A stretch of DNA of 64,000 nt from an uncultured bacterium (GCA_963732385.1 CAVSZB010000003.1:288985-352984), one strand, 5' to 3'. Counted from the first letter of the stretch, positions 1-9,795 are shown. A program made the numbers and translations. The notes: generated from the letters alone by a model not told the origin.

Positions 1-321
1 GTGCTGGTGGGTGGGCAGGACGTAGTGGGCCACCTCGTGCAGCACGCTGAAGCGGGTGCGTCGGGGGTCGAGCGCGCTGTCCACGGCGACGAGGCGGTCG
101 GGGAAGGAGATGAGCGCGCGGGGGAGTCGGGTACGGCGGGGGAGGGCCGGCGCGAGGCTTCCTTCGAAATCCACGGACAGGTAGTCGAGCTTGAGGTAGT
201 CCAGCAGGGTGGCGGCGTTCACGGCGCCCGGCGCGTCCTGGCCGGTTCGGCGCAGCAGGAAGGCGACGAGTTCGTGGGGCTGGATGTCGAAGGACCCCGA
301 GGTCTGGATGGCGCCGGCCAT
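1..321 (-). CDS. ImmA/IrrE-family (COG2856/DUF955-like) zinc metallopeptidase. This is the N-terminal part; the gene runs off the window at position 1.
   Basis: Minus-strand translation from the ATG at 321 reads MAGAIQTSGSFDIQPHELVAFLLRRTGQ...RFSVLHEVAHYVLPTHQH, which contains an HEXXH (HEVAH) motif in an ImmA/IrrE-like context. It is absent from the ORF track only because no stop lies inside the window. It starts 5 bp after the stop of the upstream HTH antitoxin gene. Confidence 0.5.
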   Translation of the reverse strand, partial: MAGAIQTSGSFDIQPHELVAFLLRRTGQDAPGAVNAATLLDYLKLDYLSVDFEGSLAPALPRRTRLPRALISFPDRLVAVDSALDPRRTRFSVLHEVAHYVLPTHQH

Positions 322-326
322 GTCGT

Positions 327-893
327 CTACTTCCTTTGCGCGGCGAGCAGGCGCAGGCGCTCGCGCAGCGTTTCGGCCAGCGTGGCGTCGATTTCCGCGC
401 CGTGCGCGGCCATTGCGAGCGCGCTGTCGCCCTTCATTCCGCCGAGGCCGTCCAGATAGTCCTCGATCTTCTGCTGGCGGTCCGGATCGCGCTGGGCCTC
501 GAGTTGGGCGAAAAGGGCGGGGAACCGGTCGGCCAGCCTGATGAGGTTGTCGCTCGAGCGATTCTGCAGGGAACGCCCCGACTCCCAGCGGCTGTAGGTC
601 TTCTCGCCGGTGCCCACGAAGAGGGCCATCTCCACCTGGCTCAGGCCGGCGCGCTCGCGCACGGCGCGGATCTCCTCCGGGGGCAGCAGGCCGAGGCGGT
701 CGTACCTGATGCCGTCCAGGGCGTCGGTCAACGCGGGGGGGAGCACCTGTTCGTGGCACGCGCCGCACTCCTCCCAGGTCGCCGCGGGCACGACCAGCGT
801 GCCCCCCGGAATGTTCGGTGGCGGCTCCATGCGGTACTCGCCCTCGTGCCGCTCCAGCGCGGCGGCGCCGCAGATCGGGCAGGTGTTCGTCAT
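327..893 (-). CDS. MqsA-like antitoxin with an N-terminal Zn-ribbon (CPIC...CGAC) and a C-terminal HTH_XRE domain.
   Basis: The internal start MTNTCPICGAAALERHEGEY...CGACHEQVL...LSQVEMALFVGTGEKTYSRWESGRS matches the MqsA architecture. Its ATG overlaps the upstream toxin stop as ATGA. The track ORF 327..1292 is an upstream over-extension. Confidence 0.7.
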   Translation of the reverse strand: MTNTCPICGAAALERHEGEYRMEPPPNIPGGTLVVPAATWEECGACHEQVLPPALTDALDGIRYDRLGLLPPEEIRAVRERAGLSQVEMALFVGTGEKTYSRWESGRSLQNRSSDNLIRLADRFPALFAQLEAQRDPDRQQKIEDYLDGLGGMKGDSALAMAAHGAEIDATLAETLRERLRLLAAQRK

Positions 894-1150
894 GACTGGC
901 CTCCTGGGCGAATGGCCTCGGGTCGGTCCGGGTGGACGGAGACGATGAAGAGCTTCGGGCTGAGCGACGGCTCCCCGAGGATCATGAACTTGCAGTAGAA
1001 GCGCCGGCCCGCGAGCTCCGGCCAGATCTCGTAGGCGAACTGCCCCGCGTCCTGCCCGTGCATGATCGTCCTGGTGACGGCCGTGCCCTCGTGGATCCAG
1101 TCCCAGAGCGCGTCGCAGACATCCGCTCTGGTGAGGTGATGGGCCATCAT
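890..1150 (-). CDS. MqsR-like toxin (putative mRNA interferase).
   Basis: MMAHHLTRADVCDALWDWIHEGTAV...QFAYEIWPELAGRRFYCKFMILGEPSLSPKLFIVSVHPDR is collinear with the E. coli MqsR C-terminal half (the YxxxWxDVYRP...YLKI...IVSFK pattern). It sits toxin-first, as in mqsRA. An alternative TTG start at 1285 cannot be excluded. Confidence 0.6.
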   Translation of the reverse strand: MMAHHLTRADVCDALWDWIHEGTAVTRTIMHGQDAGQFAYEIWPELAGRRFYCKFMILGEPSLSPKLFIVSVHPDRPEAIRPGGQS

Positions 1151-1295
1151 GTCGGTGGTGGCCGTCTTCGTGCTGCTCGCGCGGCCCGGATCGGCGGCCA
1201 ACGCACGCAGCAACCGGACTTCCGATTCGCCGGCCCTGTCCTTTCCCAAGAGGACCCCAGCAGCAACAGAAATCGGCAGACTCAAAGCACACTTG

Positions 1296-1345
1296 AGTGC
1301 TATATGGTACTACAGTGTCACAATAATTTCAATAATACTGATTAT
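1296..1345. promoter_or_regulatory. AT-rich island upstream of the toxin-antitoxin operon; candidate promoter/operator.
   Basis: tatatggtactacagtgtcacaataatttcaataatactgattatatag sits in otherwise ~70% GC DNA. It is immediately upstream of the minus-strand TA genes and of the plus-strand DUF4386 gene. Confidence 0.3.
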
Positions 1346-1550
1346 ATAGTTCTGTGTGCGTCTCGATTCCGCCACGGGGGCACCTGCCCTCCTCTCGGTC
1401 TTCGCTCGGGAAATGCGGATGTGATCCCGAAGCGAGCCAACGGAGCGCTCTGGCAACAACGAACCCAGCGGTTCCGTAGGAGACTGCCATTGCCAAGCTC
1501 CGTCCTTGAGGCGAGGGTCGGAGCGTACACGGACACGGGGAGGCAGGCGA

Positions 1551-2237
1551 ATGGACTCGACCGGGAGAGCTGCGCGGCTGGCCGGACTGCTGTACCTGCC
1601 GGTGGTGATTGGCGGGCCGTTCGTGCTCCTCTACGTGCCGGGCAAGGTGTTCGTGTCCGGAGACGCCAGCGCGACGGTCAACAGCATCCTGGCGCACGAG
1701 TCGTTGTTCCGGGCCGGCATCGCGGTCGGGATCGTCTCGGAGCTGTTTTTCGTGGGCGCCATCCTGGCCCTGTACCGCCTGCTCAGGGACGTCGGCCAGA
1801 CGCTGGCGGCGCTCATGGCCCTGCTGATCCTGTTCGATGTTCCGCTGGCGTTCCTGAGCACTGCCAACCAGGTGGCCACTCTGACGCTCGCTCGCGGCGC
1901 CGATTTCCTGGCCGCCTTCGAGCAGCCGCAGCGGGATGCGCTCGTGCTTCTGCTGCTCAAGTTCGACAGTGCCGGAGCGCTGGTGTCGCAGGTCCTGTGG
2001 GGGCTGTGGCTGCTGCCGCTGGGCCTGCTCGTGTACCGCTCCCGCTTTCTTCCCCGATTTCTCGGCCTCTGGCTGCTTCTCAACGGCCTCGCCTATGTCG
2101 TGATGAGCGCGACGGGACTGTTCTTTCCCGACGATTTCAAGCTGGTGCGCAACCTCGCCATGCCGGCCCTCTTCGGCGAAATGGTGTTGATGCTGTGGCT
2201 GCTCATCAGGGGCGCCCGTCGGCCGGTCATCCCCTGA
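1551..2237 (+). CDS. DUF4386-family integral membrane protein.
   Basis: MDSTGRAARLAGLLYLPVVIGGPFVL... has multiple hydrophobic helices, and the N-terminal AGxLYL motif is typical of DUF4386. Its 3' end overlaps the recQ 3' end (convergent). Confidence 0.55.
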   Translation: MDSTGRAARLAGLLYLPVVIGGPFVLLYVPGKVFVSGDASATVNSILAHESLFRAGIAVGIVSELFFVGAILALYRLLRDVGQTLAALMALLILFDVPLAFLSTANQVATLTLARGADFLAAFEQPQRDALVLLLLKFDSAGALVSQVLWGLWLLPLGLLVYRSRFLPRFLGLWLLLNGLAYVVMSATGLFFPDDFKLVRNLAMPALFGEMVLMLWLLIRGARRPVIP

Positions 2238-4155
2238 TGGCCGACAGGAACAGCTCCCCGTACCGCGCCAGCTTCGTCTCCCCGACTCCCTTCACCTCGA
2301 GCAGCTCCGCTTCGTCGCGCGGCTTCAGGCGCGCCATTTCGCGCAGCGTGGCGTCGGAGAAGACGACGTACGGTGGCACGCTCTCGCGCTGGGCGATTTC
2401 GCGGCGCAGGGCGCGCAGCCGCTCGAACAGGTCGGTGTCGACGCCGCTCCACTCCGCGCCGGCGTGGGTGGCGGCCGCGGCGCGCTTGCCTTTCGCCCCT
2501 TTCCTCCCCTTCGGCACCGGCTCTTTGCCCTCCGCCCCGCGCCAGAACCGCGTCAGGCGCGGGGCCTCCTGGCCTTGCAGCACGGCGCGCCCCTGCTCGG
2601 TCACCCGGACGATCGGGAAGCGGCGGGCGCCGCTGATCTTCTCCACCATCTCGAGGGCGTTCTGGGCGATGAGCTGGTCGATCCAGGCGCGCACGGTGGC
2701 GTCGGACTCGTCGCGCAGCAGGCCGTGGACCGACAGTTCGTTGTGGCGCAGGTCGCGGATCCGCTCGCCGTCGCTGCCGCGCAGGACCGCGGTCACGTGC
2801 GCGGCGCCGAAGGTGCTGCCGGTGCGCAGCACCGCCGAGAGGACTTTCTGGGCGGCGACGAGCGCCTCGCCAGCGGCCAGCGCGATGGTCTCGCCGAGGC
2901 AGACGTCGCAGGCATGGCAGTTGTCGGCTTCGCCCGGGACCGGCGCGGCGGGGGGCGGCGGGGCGCCGGCGTCGTCCGTCGGCGGCGGCCAGGGGCGCCC
3001 GAAGTGCTCGCTCAGCAGGCGGTGCCGGCAGACCGGCGCCACGGCGAACCGCGCGATCTGCGCGAGTTGCCGTTCAAGCGCGTTCTTCCGCTCCTCCGGC
3101 AGCGGGCCGTCCATTTCGGCCAGACGGCGGTGCGCCTGCAGGTCGGCGGCGCTGTAGAGGAGCGTACAGTCGGCCGGCAGGCCGTCGCGGCCGGCGCGCC
3201 CCGACTCCTGCTGGTAGTGCTCCACGCTGCGCGGCGCGTTGGCATGGATGACGAAGCGGACGTTCGAGCGGTCGATGCCCATGCCGAAGGCGATCGTCGC
3301 CACCACGACGGCGAGGTCCTCGTTGAGAAACGCCGTCTGCGTGGCGGCGCGCTCGGCCGCGCCGAGGCCGGCGTGGTAGGGGGCGGCCCGCACGCCGGCT
3401 CCCTGCAGGCGTGTGGCGATGCGCTCGACCTCCCGCCGCGTCTGCGCGTAGACGATGCCCCCCTCGCCGGCGTGGCGGCGCACCGCGGCGAGCAGCTGGA
3501 TGTCGGTGTCGTGCCGCGGGAACGCGCGATAGACGAGGTTGGGACGGTCAGGGTGTCCGATGAGGACGAGCGGGTCGCGCAGCGCGAGCTGCTCGATGAC
3601 GTCGCGTTGGACCGCGGGCGTGGCCGTGGCGGTGAGGGCCATGCGCGGGACGCCTGGCGCCGCCGTGAAAAGTGGCGCGAGCTGCCTGTACTCGGGCCGG
3701 AAATCGTGTCCCCAGTGCGAAACGCAGTGCGCCTCGTCCACCGCGATCAGACCCAGGCGGGGCGCGAGCGCCTCCATCAGGTCGCCGAGCACGAGACGCT
3801 CCGGGCTGGCGTACAGCAGTTGCAGGTCGCCGGAGACCGCGTCGCGAAAGGCGCGGGCACGCTCCGCGGCGGCGAGATTGCTGTGCAGCGAGGCGGCGGT
3901 CAGGCCGGCCTGGCGCGCCGCGGCCACCTGGTCGTCCATCAGGGCGATGAGCGGCGACACGACCAGCGTCAGCCCCGCGCCGGCGGCGGCCGGCAGCTGG
4001 TAGCAAAGGCTCTTGCCGCCGCCGGTCGGCAGGACGACGAGCGCGTCGCGCCCGGCAAGGGAGGCCTCGACGGCGGCGCGTTGCAGCGGGCGAAAGGTCT
4101 CGTAGCCCCACACGCGGCGCAGGACAGCAGCCGGATCGGCGCGATGGTCGCTCAC
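2227..4155 (-). CDS. recQ: ATP-dependent DNA helicase RecQ.
   Basis: GYETFRPLQRAAVEA...VVLPTGGGKSLCYQLPA...DEAHCVSHWGHDFRPEY helicase motifs, an RQC region, and a C-terminal HRDC domain (YVVFSDATLREMA...VKGVGETKLARYG). Confidence 0.9.
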   Translation of the reverse strand: MSDHRADPAAVLRRVWGYETFRPLQRAAVEASLAGRDALVVLPTGGGKSLCYQLPAAAGAGLTLVVSPLIALMDDQVAAARQAGLTAASLHSNLAAAERARAFRDAVSGDLQLLYASPERLVLGDLMEALAPRLGLIAVDEAHCVSHWGHDFRPEYRQLAPLFTAAPGVPRMALTATATPAVQRDVIEQLALRDPLVLIGHPDRPNLVYRAFPRHDTDIQLLAAVRRHAGEGGIVYAQTRREVERIATRLQGAGVRAAPYHAGLGAAERAATQTAFLNEDLAVVVATIAFGMGIDRSNVRFVIHANAPRSVEHYQQESGRAGRDGLPADCTLLYSAADLQAHRRLAEMDGPLPEERKNALERQLAQIARFAVAPVCRHRLLSEHFGRPWPPPTDDAGAPPPPAAPVPGEADNCHACDVCLGETIALAAGEALVAAQKVLSAVLRTGSTFGAAHVTAVLRGSDGERIRDLRHNELSVHGLLRDESDATVRAWIDQLIAQNALEMVEKISGARRFPIVRVTEQGRAVLQGQEAPRLTRFWRGAEGKEPVPKGRKGAKGKRAAAATHAGAEWSGVDTDLFERLRALRREIAQRESVPPYVVFSDATLREMARLKPRDEAELLEVKGVGETKLARYGELFLSAIRG

Positions 4156-4350
4156 GGGAAATCTCCAGTCCGGGAGGACGTTGGGCGCGGTGTCCGCGCG
4201 ACTGGCAAGGAACCACTCCGGCGGCTCCGGGGCAAGGGGGGATCCTGGGGACGAAGGTCGGGGGTGGGTGGGGCGGGGGGTGGGTTCCCCCGGATACAGT
4301 TGCGGAAGCGGGAAGTGCGCAGGCTGAGGTGTGCGACATGGATTTTTGGT

Positions 4351-4497
4351 GCATCCAAATAGCCGTTGCTACGGAAGCAAAAAGTGCGCAGCGACGTTTG
4401 CCGGGAAGCGCGGGTTCCGGTCGCGTGGTATCGGGGTCGCTGTGGCGCCATGGGGCATGCAAAACAATTGCTCCCGTAGCAACGGCTATTTGGATGC
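4351..4497. repeat. 147 bp element bounded by perfect 24 bp terminal inverted repeats (gcatccaaatagccgttgctacgg / ccgtagcaacggctatttggatgc). It could be MITE-like or a large structured regulatory element.
   Basis: The arms at 4351-4374 and 4474-4497 are exact reverse complements separated by 99 bp. The element lies in the divergent recQ-clpB intergenic region. Confidence 0.5.
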
Positions 4498-4742
4498 GCC
4501 CGAAATCGCTCCGCGCCCCTGTCGGTTCGTGTGTCATTATGACATGCCAGTTCGTTTGTGCCGCGCCTGTACTGGTCCCCTCAGACGCCGATCCGGCGAT
4601 TCCACGAGCAGGCCTCCTGATTGTAAGTATATTATCGACATATTATTGCGAATTAGTCGGGCAGCAGGCCTCGCGCACGGCATGCCGGGTGCAATTGCGT
4701 CCGGACGCGGTGTCGGGGCGCCGCAGACAGGGAGTCGCTGAA

Positions 4743-7346
4743 ATGAAAAACTGGACCGTCAATGCCGCCGAAATCCTTCAGCAGGCCCAGAGCCGGGCCT
4801 ACGAGATGGGTCATCCGGAGCTGGAGCCGGTCCATCTGCTCGACGCCATGCTGGCCGAACCGGGGCTGGCCTCCCAGACATTGCGCGCCCTGGAGCGTGA
4901 TCCGCAGCTCATCGCGCGTACCGTGACGCAGGAGTTGAAGTCCCTGCCGGTGGCGCAGGTGAAGGAGCTGCCGACGTCCAGCCCCGAACTGCAGAAGCTG
5001 CTGCTGGAGGCGCAGAGCCTGGCGCCAAAGAGCGCGGGCGGCCTGGTCGGCACGCGCGAACTGCTGCTCGCTCTGGCGGCGGACAAGGGGCGCGCCGGCA
5101 GCGTGCTGCGCACCTTCGAAGTCACGCCCGACAAGGTCGCGCGGGCGTTCGCGCAGACCGGGGCCGCCGACACGTCGTACGCAGGAGGCGAGGAGGGCGA
5201 GGCCGGCAATGGGCAGAAGTCGGCGCTCGACCTGTACGCGCGCGATCTCTGCGCGCTCGCCCGGCAGGGGAAGATCGACCCGGTCATCGGGCGCGACGAG
5301 GAGATCCGGCGGGTGATCCAGATCCTCAGCCGACGCACCAAGAACAACCCGGTGCTGGTGGGATCGCCCGGCGTCGGCAAGACCGCCGTCGTGGAGGGGC
5401 TCGCCCGCCGGCTCGTCGAGGGGGACGTGCCGGAGGGGCTGAAGGGCAAGCGTCTCTTGGCGCTCGACATGGGCGCATTGGTGGCCGGCACGAAGTACCG
5501 CGGCGAGTTCGAGGACCGGCTCAAGAAGGTCGTACAGGAGGTCGTCGAGCAGGAGGGTGAGATCCTGCTGTTCATCGACGAGATGCACACGCTCGTCGGG
5601 GCGGGCGCGGCCGAGGGGGCGCTCGATGCGTCGAACATCCTCAAGCCGGCGCTCGCGCGCGGCGAGCTGCACTGCGTCGGGGCGACGACCGTGGAGGAGT
5701 ACCGGCAGCACATCGAGAAGGACGCCGCCCTCGAACGCCGGTTCCAGCCGGTGCCGGTGGAGGAGCCGACGAGCGAGCAGGCAATCGCCATCCTGCGCGG
5801 GCTCAAGGAGAAGTACGAGGTGCACCACGGCATCCGCATCTCCGACGGCGCGATCGTGGCGGCGGTGAAGCTGTCGCAGCGCTACATCAGCGATCGCATG
5901 CTGCCCGACAAGGCGATCGACCTGATGGACGAGGCGGCCTCGCGGCTGCGCATGGAGATCGACTCGGTGCCGGGCGAGGTGGACGACCTGCAGCGGCGCA
6001 TCAACCAGCTGGAGATCGAGCGGCTGGCGCTGGCGAAGGAGACCGACCGCGGCGCCGTAACGCGTCGCGAGACCATCGACCACCAGCTCGTCGAGCTGCG
6101 CGAGGATCTGGCGAAGCTGCGCGCGCGGTGGGAGGAGGAGAAGGAGGCGATCGACGGCATCCGCAAGCTGCAGGAGCAGATCGAGCGGCTCGGTGTCGAG
6201 ATGGAGGCGGCCGAGCGGCGGGGCGACCTCGCGCGGGCGGCCGAGCTCAAGTACGGGCGCAGGACGCAGATCGAACGCGAAATCGTGGATGCCAGGGCGC
6301 GCCTGGTCGCGGTCCAGGGCGACAATGCGCTGTTGAAGGAGGAGGTCGGCGAGGACGACATCGCCGAAATCGTGGCGCGGTGGACCGGTATCCCGTCGCG
6401 GCGGCTGGTGGAGGACGAGACGCAGCGGCTGCGCGAGCTGGAATCACGGCTCGAGGCGCGCGTGGTGGGGCAGGACCACGCGGTCGAGCGCATCGCGCGG
6501 ACGATCCGCCGCTCGCGCGCCGGGTTGACCGACCGCAACCGGCCGCTCGGATCGTTCCTGTTCCTCGGCCCGACCGGCGTCGGCAAGACCGAACTGGTGA
6601 AGGCGCTCACCGCCGAATTGTTCGGCGACGAGAAGCACCTCGTGCGGCTCGACATGTCGGAATACATGGAGCGTCACGCCGTGGCGCGGATGATCGGCGC
6701 GCCTCCAGGCTACGTCGGGTTCGAGTCGGGCGGCCAGCTCACCGAGGCGGTGCGCCGGCACCCGTACAGCGTCATCCTGCTCGACGAGGTCGAGAAGGCG
6801 CACCCCGAAGTGATGAACATCCTGCTGCAGCTGCTCGACGACGGCCGTCTCACCGACGGGAAAGGGCGCGTCGTGGACTTCCGCAATACGCTCGTCGTGA
6901 TGACCTCGAACCTGGCGCAGGACGCCGCCTTCGAGGCGCGGCCGAACGCCGGACCGGAGGAGGAGCGCGAGGCCGAGAAGCGCCTGCTCGATGCTCTCGG
7001 CGGCCACTTCCGCCCGGAGTTCCTCAACCGCGTCGACGCGATCGTGCGTTTCCACGGACTGACGCGCGCGATGATCGAAACCATCGTCAGCCTGGAACTG
7101 GCGAAGGTGGGCCGCGCGCTCGCGGAGCAGGAGCTGCGCCTCGAGGCGACGCCGGCTGCCGTGGCGCGCCTGGCCGAACTCGGCTGGGACCCGGCGTTCG
7201 GAGCCCGGCCGGTGAAGCGGGTCATCCAGCGCGAGGTGCAGGACCGCATTGCGGACCTGATCCTGGCCGGAGGCGCGCACCCGGAGCAGCTGCTGGTGCT
7301 CGACGTGGCTGGCGACGACTTCATGTTGCGGGTCGCCGGGCCGTGA
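4743..7346 (+). CDS. clpB: Chaperone disaggregase ClpB (AAA+, two nucleotide-binding domains).
   Basis: [19 protein letters not shown]...[43 protein letters not shown]...[19 protein letters not shown], with a long coiled-coil middle domain. The track ORF starts at 4329, but the start homologous to ClpB is the ATG at 4743. Confidence 0.95.
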   Translation: MKNWTVNAAEILQQAQSRAYEMGHPELEPVHLLDAMLAEPGLASQTLRALERDPQLIARTVTQELKSLPVAQVKELPTSSPELQKLLLEAQSLAPKSAGGLVGTRELLLALAADKGRAGSVLRTFEVTPDKVARAFAQTGAADTSYAGGEEGEAGNGQKSALDLYARDLCALARQGKIDPVIGRDEEIRRVIQILSRRTKNNPVLVGSPGVGKTAVVEGLARRLVEGDVPEGLKGKRLLALDMGALVAGTKYRGEFEDRLKKVVQEVVEQEGEILLFIDEMHTLVGAGAAEGALDASNILKPALARGELHCVGATTVEEYRQHIEKDAALERRFQPVPVEEPTSEQAIAILRGLKEKYEVHHGIRISDGAIVAAVKLSQRYISDRMLPDKAIDLMDEAASRLRMEIDSVPGEVDDLQRRINQLEIERLALAKETDRGAVTRRETIDHQLVELREDLAKLRARWEEEKEAIDGIRKLQEQIERLGVEMEAAERRGDLARAAELKYGRRTQIEREIVDARARLVAVQGDNALLKEEVGEDDIAEIVARWTGIPSRRLVEDETQRLRELESRLEARVVGQDHAVERIARTIRRSRAGLTDRNRPLGSFLFLGPTGVGKTELVKALTAELFGDEKHLVRLDMSEYMERHAVARMIGAPPGYVGFESGGQLTEAVRRHPYSVILLDEVEKAHPEVMNILLQLLDDGRLTDGKGRVVDFRNTLVVMTSNLAQDAAFEARPNAGPEEEREAEKRLLDALGGHFRPEFLNRVDAIVRFHGLTRAMIETIVSLELAKVGRALAEQELRLEATPAAVARLAELGWDPAFGARPVKRVIQREVQDRIADLILAGGAHPEQLLVLDVAGDDFMLRVAGP

Positions 7347-7363
7347 CCGGCCGGCCCGACGCG

Positions 7364-7388
7364 GGTGATCGGCCATGGCCCGATCACC
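7364..7388 (+). terminator. GC-rich hairpin (9 bp stem, ggtgatcgg/ccgatcacc) 18 nt after the clpB stop; putative intrinsic terminator without a U-tract.
   Basis: Read directly from the sequence: ggtgatcggccatggcccgatcacc. A second short hairpin overlaps the stop itself. Confidence 0.35.
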
Positions 7389-7592
7389 GTGATGACCGCC
7401 GCCTCCTTCTACTTTGTCGTCGAGAATCACAATCGCAAAATATACGACAATTTGGTATGGCTTCTGCAATCAGGATGGCCAATAATGGCTGAATTGTACG
7501 TCTGAAGTTCGGGCGACCTATTGCAAGTCCGCTGTTATCAGGTTTTTGTCGGCCAGGGCGCCAGAACCCCCCTCGCGAAGGAAACGGTCATC

Positions 7593-8921
7593 ATGGAACT
7601 GCCCGGGCTCTACAGCCGTGCATTTTATTGCCGCGGCGGCGCTGTTCTGGCCACCGTGCTGGGGATCATGGCGGTGGCCGGAGCGGCCGGGGCCGGTGAG
7701 CTGCAGCTGCTCACGCCGGAGCCTTCGTGGAGCTTCGGCCTGCGCTCGACCGGCTACGCCTTCCAGACGGAGGACCGGCTTGGCGCGGGCGCCGACCAAT
7801 TCCGCTTCTACCAGCAGTTCGCGGGCAGCGCGACGGGGTTGGCGGGGGGGCGGATCACGTTGCGAGGGTCGGGTCGTCTCGCCAGCAGTCCGGCTTCGTC
7901 GTCGACCGACTTCACGAACGCGCGGCTCTACACCGGCTATCTCGAGGCCCGTCTCGCGCCGCGGCTGCGCGCGCGCGTCGGCCGGCAGTTCCTGCAGAGC
8001 GGCGTTGCCGGTCTGACGCTCGATGGTGCATCGCTGACCTGCGGTTTGGCGCGGGGGTCCGAGGCTTTGATCTGGGGCGGCGCGCGGGCGCCGTCGGGCA
8101 ACACGTATGCGTTGGGCAGATTCGACGAAGAAATTGCCGCCGGCGGCCGATTCAGGCTGGCGCTGGCGCCGGCGCACCGGCTCGGGTTTTCCGGCGCCTA
8201 CCGCGAGCGGGACGGAGTCGTGAGCGAGCGTCCGGTCGGGTTCGAGTACACGACGACGGCGGTCCGCCACCTGCGCGCCCTCGCGCGGGCGGCCTACGAT
8301 CTGGAAGGCGATCGCTGGGCGCGCCTCGAGGCACAGGGCACGTGGCAGGTCGCGCCGCAGCGCCCCGCCGTAACGCTGCAGTTCATGGATCGCCACCCCT
8401 CCGTTGACGCGGCGTCTTGGTTCGCCCGTTTCGTGGATGTGAAGCGGATCCGGCTGGCGCGCGGCGCGGTGCGCTGGGAGCAGCGCTCGCGCTACGGAGG
8501 CGAACTGGAGTATATGGGTTCCTTCGTCGACACGCGCGCCTCGTCGCGGGTGGGGTTGGCGCTGCTGATGCCCAACGCCCGCCTTGGCTACTCGGTGCGG
8601 TTCGGCGACGCAGGCGAGGAGAACAGCCTCTACGGCGAGGCGGGCTGGCAGGCCGCCCCGTGGTTGCGTCTCGAGGGGGAGGCGTCGTACCTGACCTACG
8701 CCCTGATCACCGACGCCCCCGCGTCGGACGAACGGGATCTCACCACGCTCGCGGCGCGGTTTTGCGCCCGGCTCCGTCCCGGCCTGGATGTCACGGCCGA
8801 GGTGCAGCGTCTCGACAATCCGCTCTACTCGAGCGATATCCGTTTCCTGCTGGGCGTCGATCTGGCCATGGCGCGCGGGACTTCGCGCTACGGCCTCGAC
8901 CGGGGAGGCTGGCTGCGATGA
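7593..8921 (+). CDS. Outer-membrane beta-barrel protein; candidate porin of a porin-cytochrome (Pcc-like) conduit.
   Basis: Signal peptide (MELPGLYSRAFYCRGGAVLATVLGIMAVAGAAGAGE), alternating amphipathic beta-strand pattern, and an aromatic C-terminus. Its stop overlaps the start of the following cytochrome gene (ATGA). Confidence 0.6.
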   Translation: MELPGLYSRAFYCRGGAVLATVLGIMAVAGAAGAGELQLLTPEPSWSFGLRSTGYAFQTEDRLGAGADQFRFYQQFAGSATGLAGGRITLRGSGRLASSPASSSTDFTNARLYTGYLEARLAPRLRARVGRQFLQSGVAGLTLDGASLTCGLARGSEALIWGGARAPSGNTYALGRFDEEIAAGGRFRLALAPAHRLGFSGAYRERDGVVSERPVGFEYTTTAVRHLRALARAAYDLEGDRWARLEAQGTWQVAPQRPAVTLQFMDRHPSVDAASWFARFVDVKRIRLARGAVRWEQRSRYGGELEYMGSFVDTRASSRVGLALLMPNARLGYSVRFGDAGEENSLYGEAGWQAAPWLRLEGEASYLTYALITDAPASDERDLTTLAARFCARLRPGLDVTAEVQRLDNPLYSSDIRFLLGVDLAMARGTSRYGLDRGGWLR

Positions 8922-9790
8922 GGTTGCCGATCATCCTGACCGTAACGTTGCTGGCCGCGGGCGCGGCGGCGGCCGCCGAGACCGTTCAGCCGGACCGCCT
9001 CGTCATGCCGCACCGCACGCACTTCGAGGCCGGCGTCGAGTGCGCGACCTGCCACGCAGGGGTGGCCGAATCGCGCAGCGCGCGCGACAACCTGCGCCCC
9101 GGCATGGACGACTGCGGCGCCTGTCACGACATCGCTGACGACACAGGCTGCGCCACGTGCCACACGAACGTCGATGCGATCGAGCCGGTCGCGCGCCCGG
9201 CGTTCCCCGCGGAAAAGTTCGCTCACGCCGCCCATCTCGGTCGGAACATGGCCTGCGCCGCCTGCCACGGCGATCCGGCCGTGGTCGCGCCGCGGCTCCC
9301 GGCCAAGCCCGACTGCCGCGTCTGCCACGCCACCGCCGACGACTACGGTGACTGCCGCCTCTGCCACGCCGACCGCGCGAACCTGCGTCCGGTCTCGCAC
9401 GGCGCCTTCTGGGCGAATCGCCACGGCGGCCAGGCGCGCGAAAACGCGGCGCTCTGCGCCACCTGTCACACGCAGACCTCTTGCCAGACCTGCCATGCCG
9501 GCGACAACGTCCGCCCGCGGACGCATCCCCTGAACTTCGTCTTCAATCACGGCATCAGGGCGCGGGGCAACGAGCAGGACTGCGCCACCTGCCACGGCGA
9601 GCCGGAATTCTGCAGCTCCTGCCACGTCGCCGAGCGGGTGTTGCCCGACAGCCACTCGCGGGCCGGCTGGGTCCGCCTGCCGGACGGCGGCCGGCACGCC
9701 GTCGACGGCGTTTTTGAAATCGAAAGCTGCATCGCCTGCCACAGTGACGGCAAGGGCGCACCGACCTGCGCCGCCTGCCACGGAGGCTGA
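8918..9790 (+). CDS. Periplasmic dodecaheme c-type cytochrome (12 CXXCH motifs in ~290 aa).
   Basis: Signal peptide MRLPIILTVTLLAAGAAAAAE, then CATCH, CGACH, CATCH, CAACH, CRVCH, CRLCH, CATCH, CQTCH, CATCH, CSSCH, CIACH and CAACH counted directly. Confidence 0.85.
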   Translation: MRLPIILTVTLLAAGAAAAAETVQPDRLVMPHRTHFEAGVECATCHAGVAESRSARDNLRPGMDDCGACHDIADDTGCATCHTNVDAIEPVARPAFPAEKFAHAAHLGRNMACAACHGDPAVVAPRLPAKPDCRVCHATADDYGDCRLCHADRANLRPVSHGAFWANRHGGQARENAALCATCHTQTSCQTCHAGDNVRPRTHPLNFVFNHGIRARGNEQDCATCHGEPEFCSSCHVAERVLPDSHSRAGWVRLPDGGRHAVDGVFEIESCIACHSDGKGAPTCAACHGG

Positions 9791-9795
9791 GCCGC

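Noticed and set aside
1-459. 152-aa plus-strand ORF at the window start.
   Set aside because: The opposite strand encodes an ImmA/IrrE peptidase fragment with an HEXXH motif in good context (5 bp after the antitoxin stop). The plus-strand frame is Gly/Glu/Val-rich with no start codon.
2464-4537. Long plus- and minus-strand ORFs (632 aa and 329 aa) overlapping recQ.
   Set aside because: recQ on the minus strand has complete helicase, RQC and HRDC motifs. The alternatives are Arg/Ala/Gly-rich frames with no motifs, typical of GC-rich shadow ORFs.
4156-4742. CIRCE (TTAGCACTC-N9-GAGTGCTAA), HAIR or a sigma-32 promoter upstream of clpB; likewise upstream of hsp20 (38711-38910).
   Set aside because: I scanned both intergenic regions by eye on both strands. 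No convincing match to these consensus elements was found, and only the 24 bp TIR pair stands out.
4653-6667. Minus-strand ORFs of 476, 342 and 261 aa inside clpB.
   Set aside because: They are antisense to an unambiguous full-length ClpB and have low-complexity Arg/Ser/Ala-rich translations.
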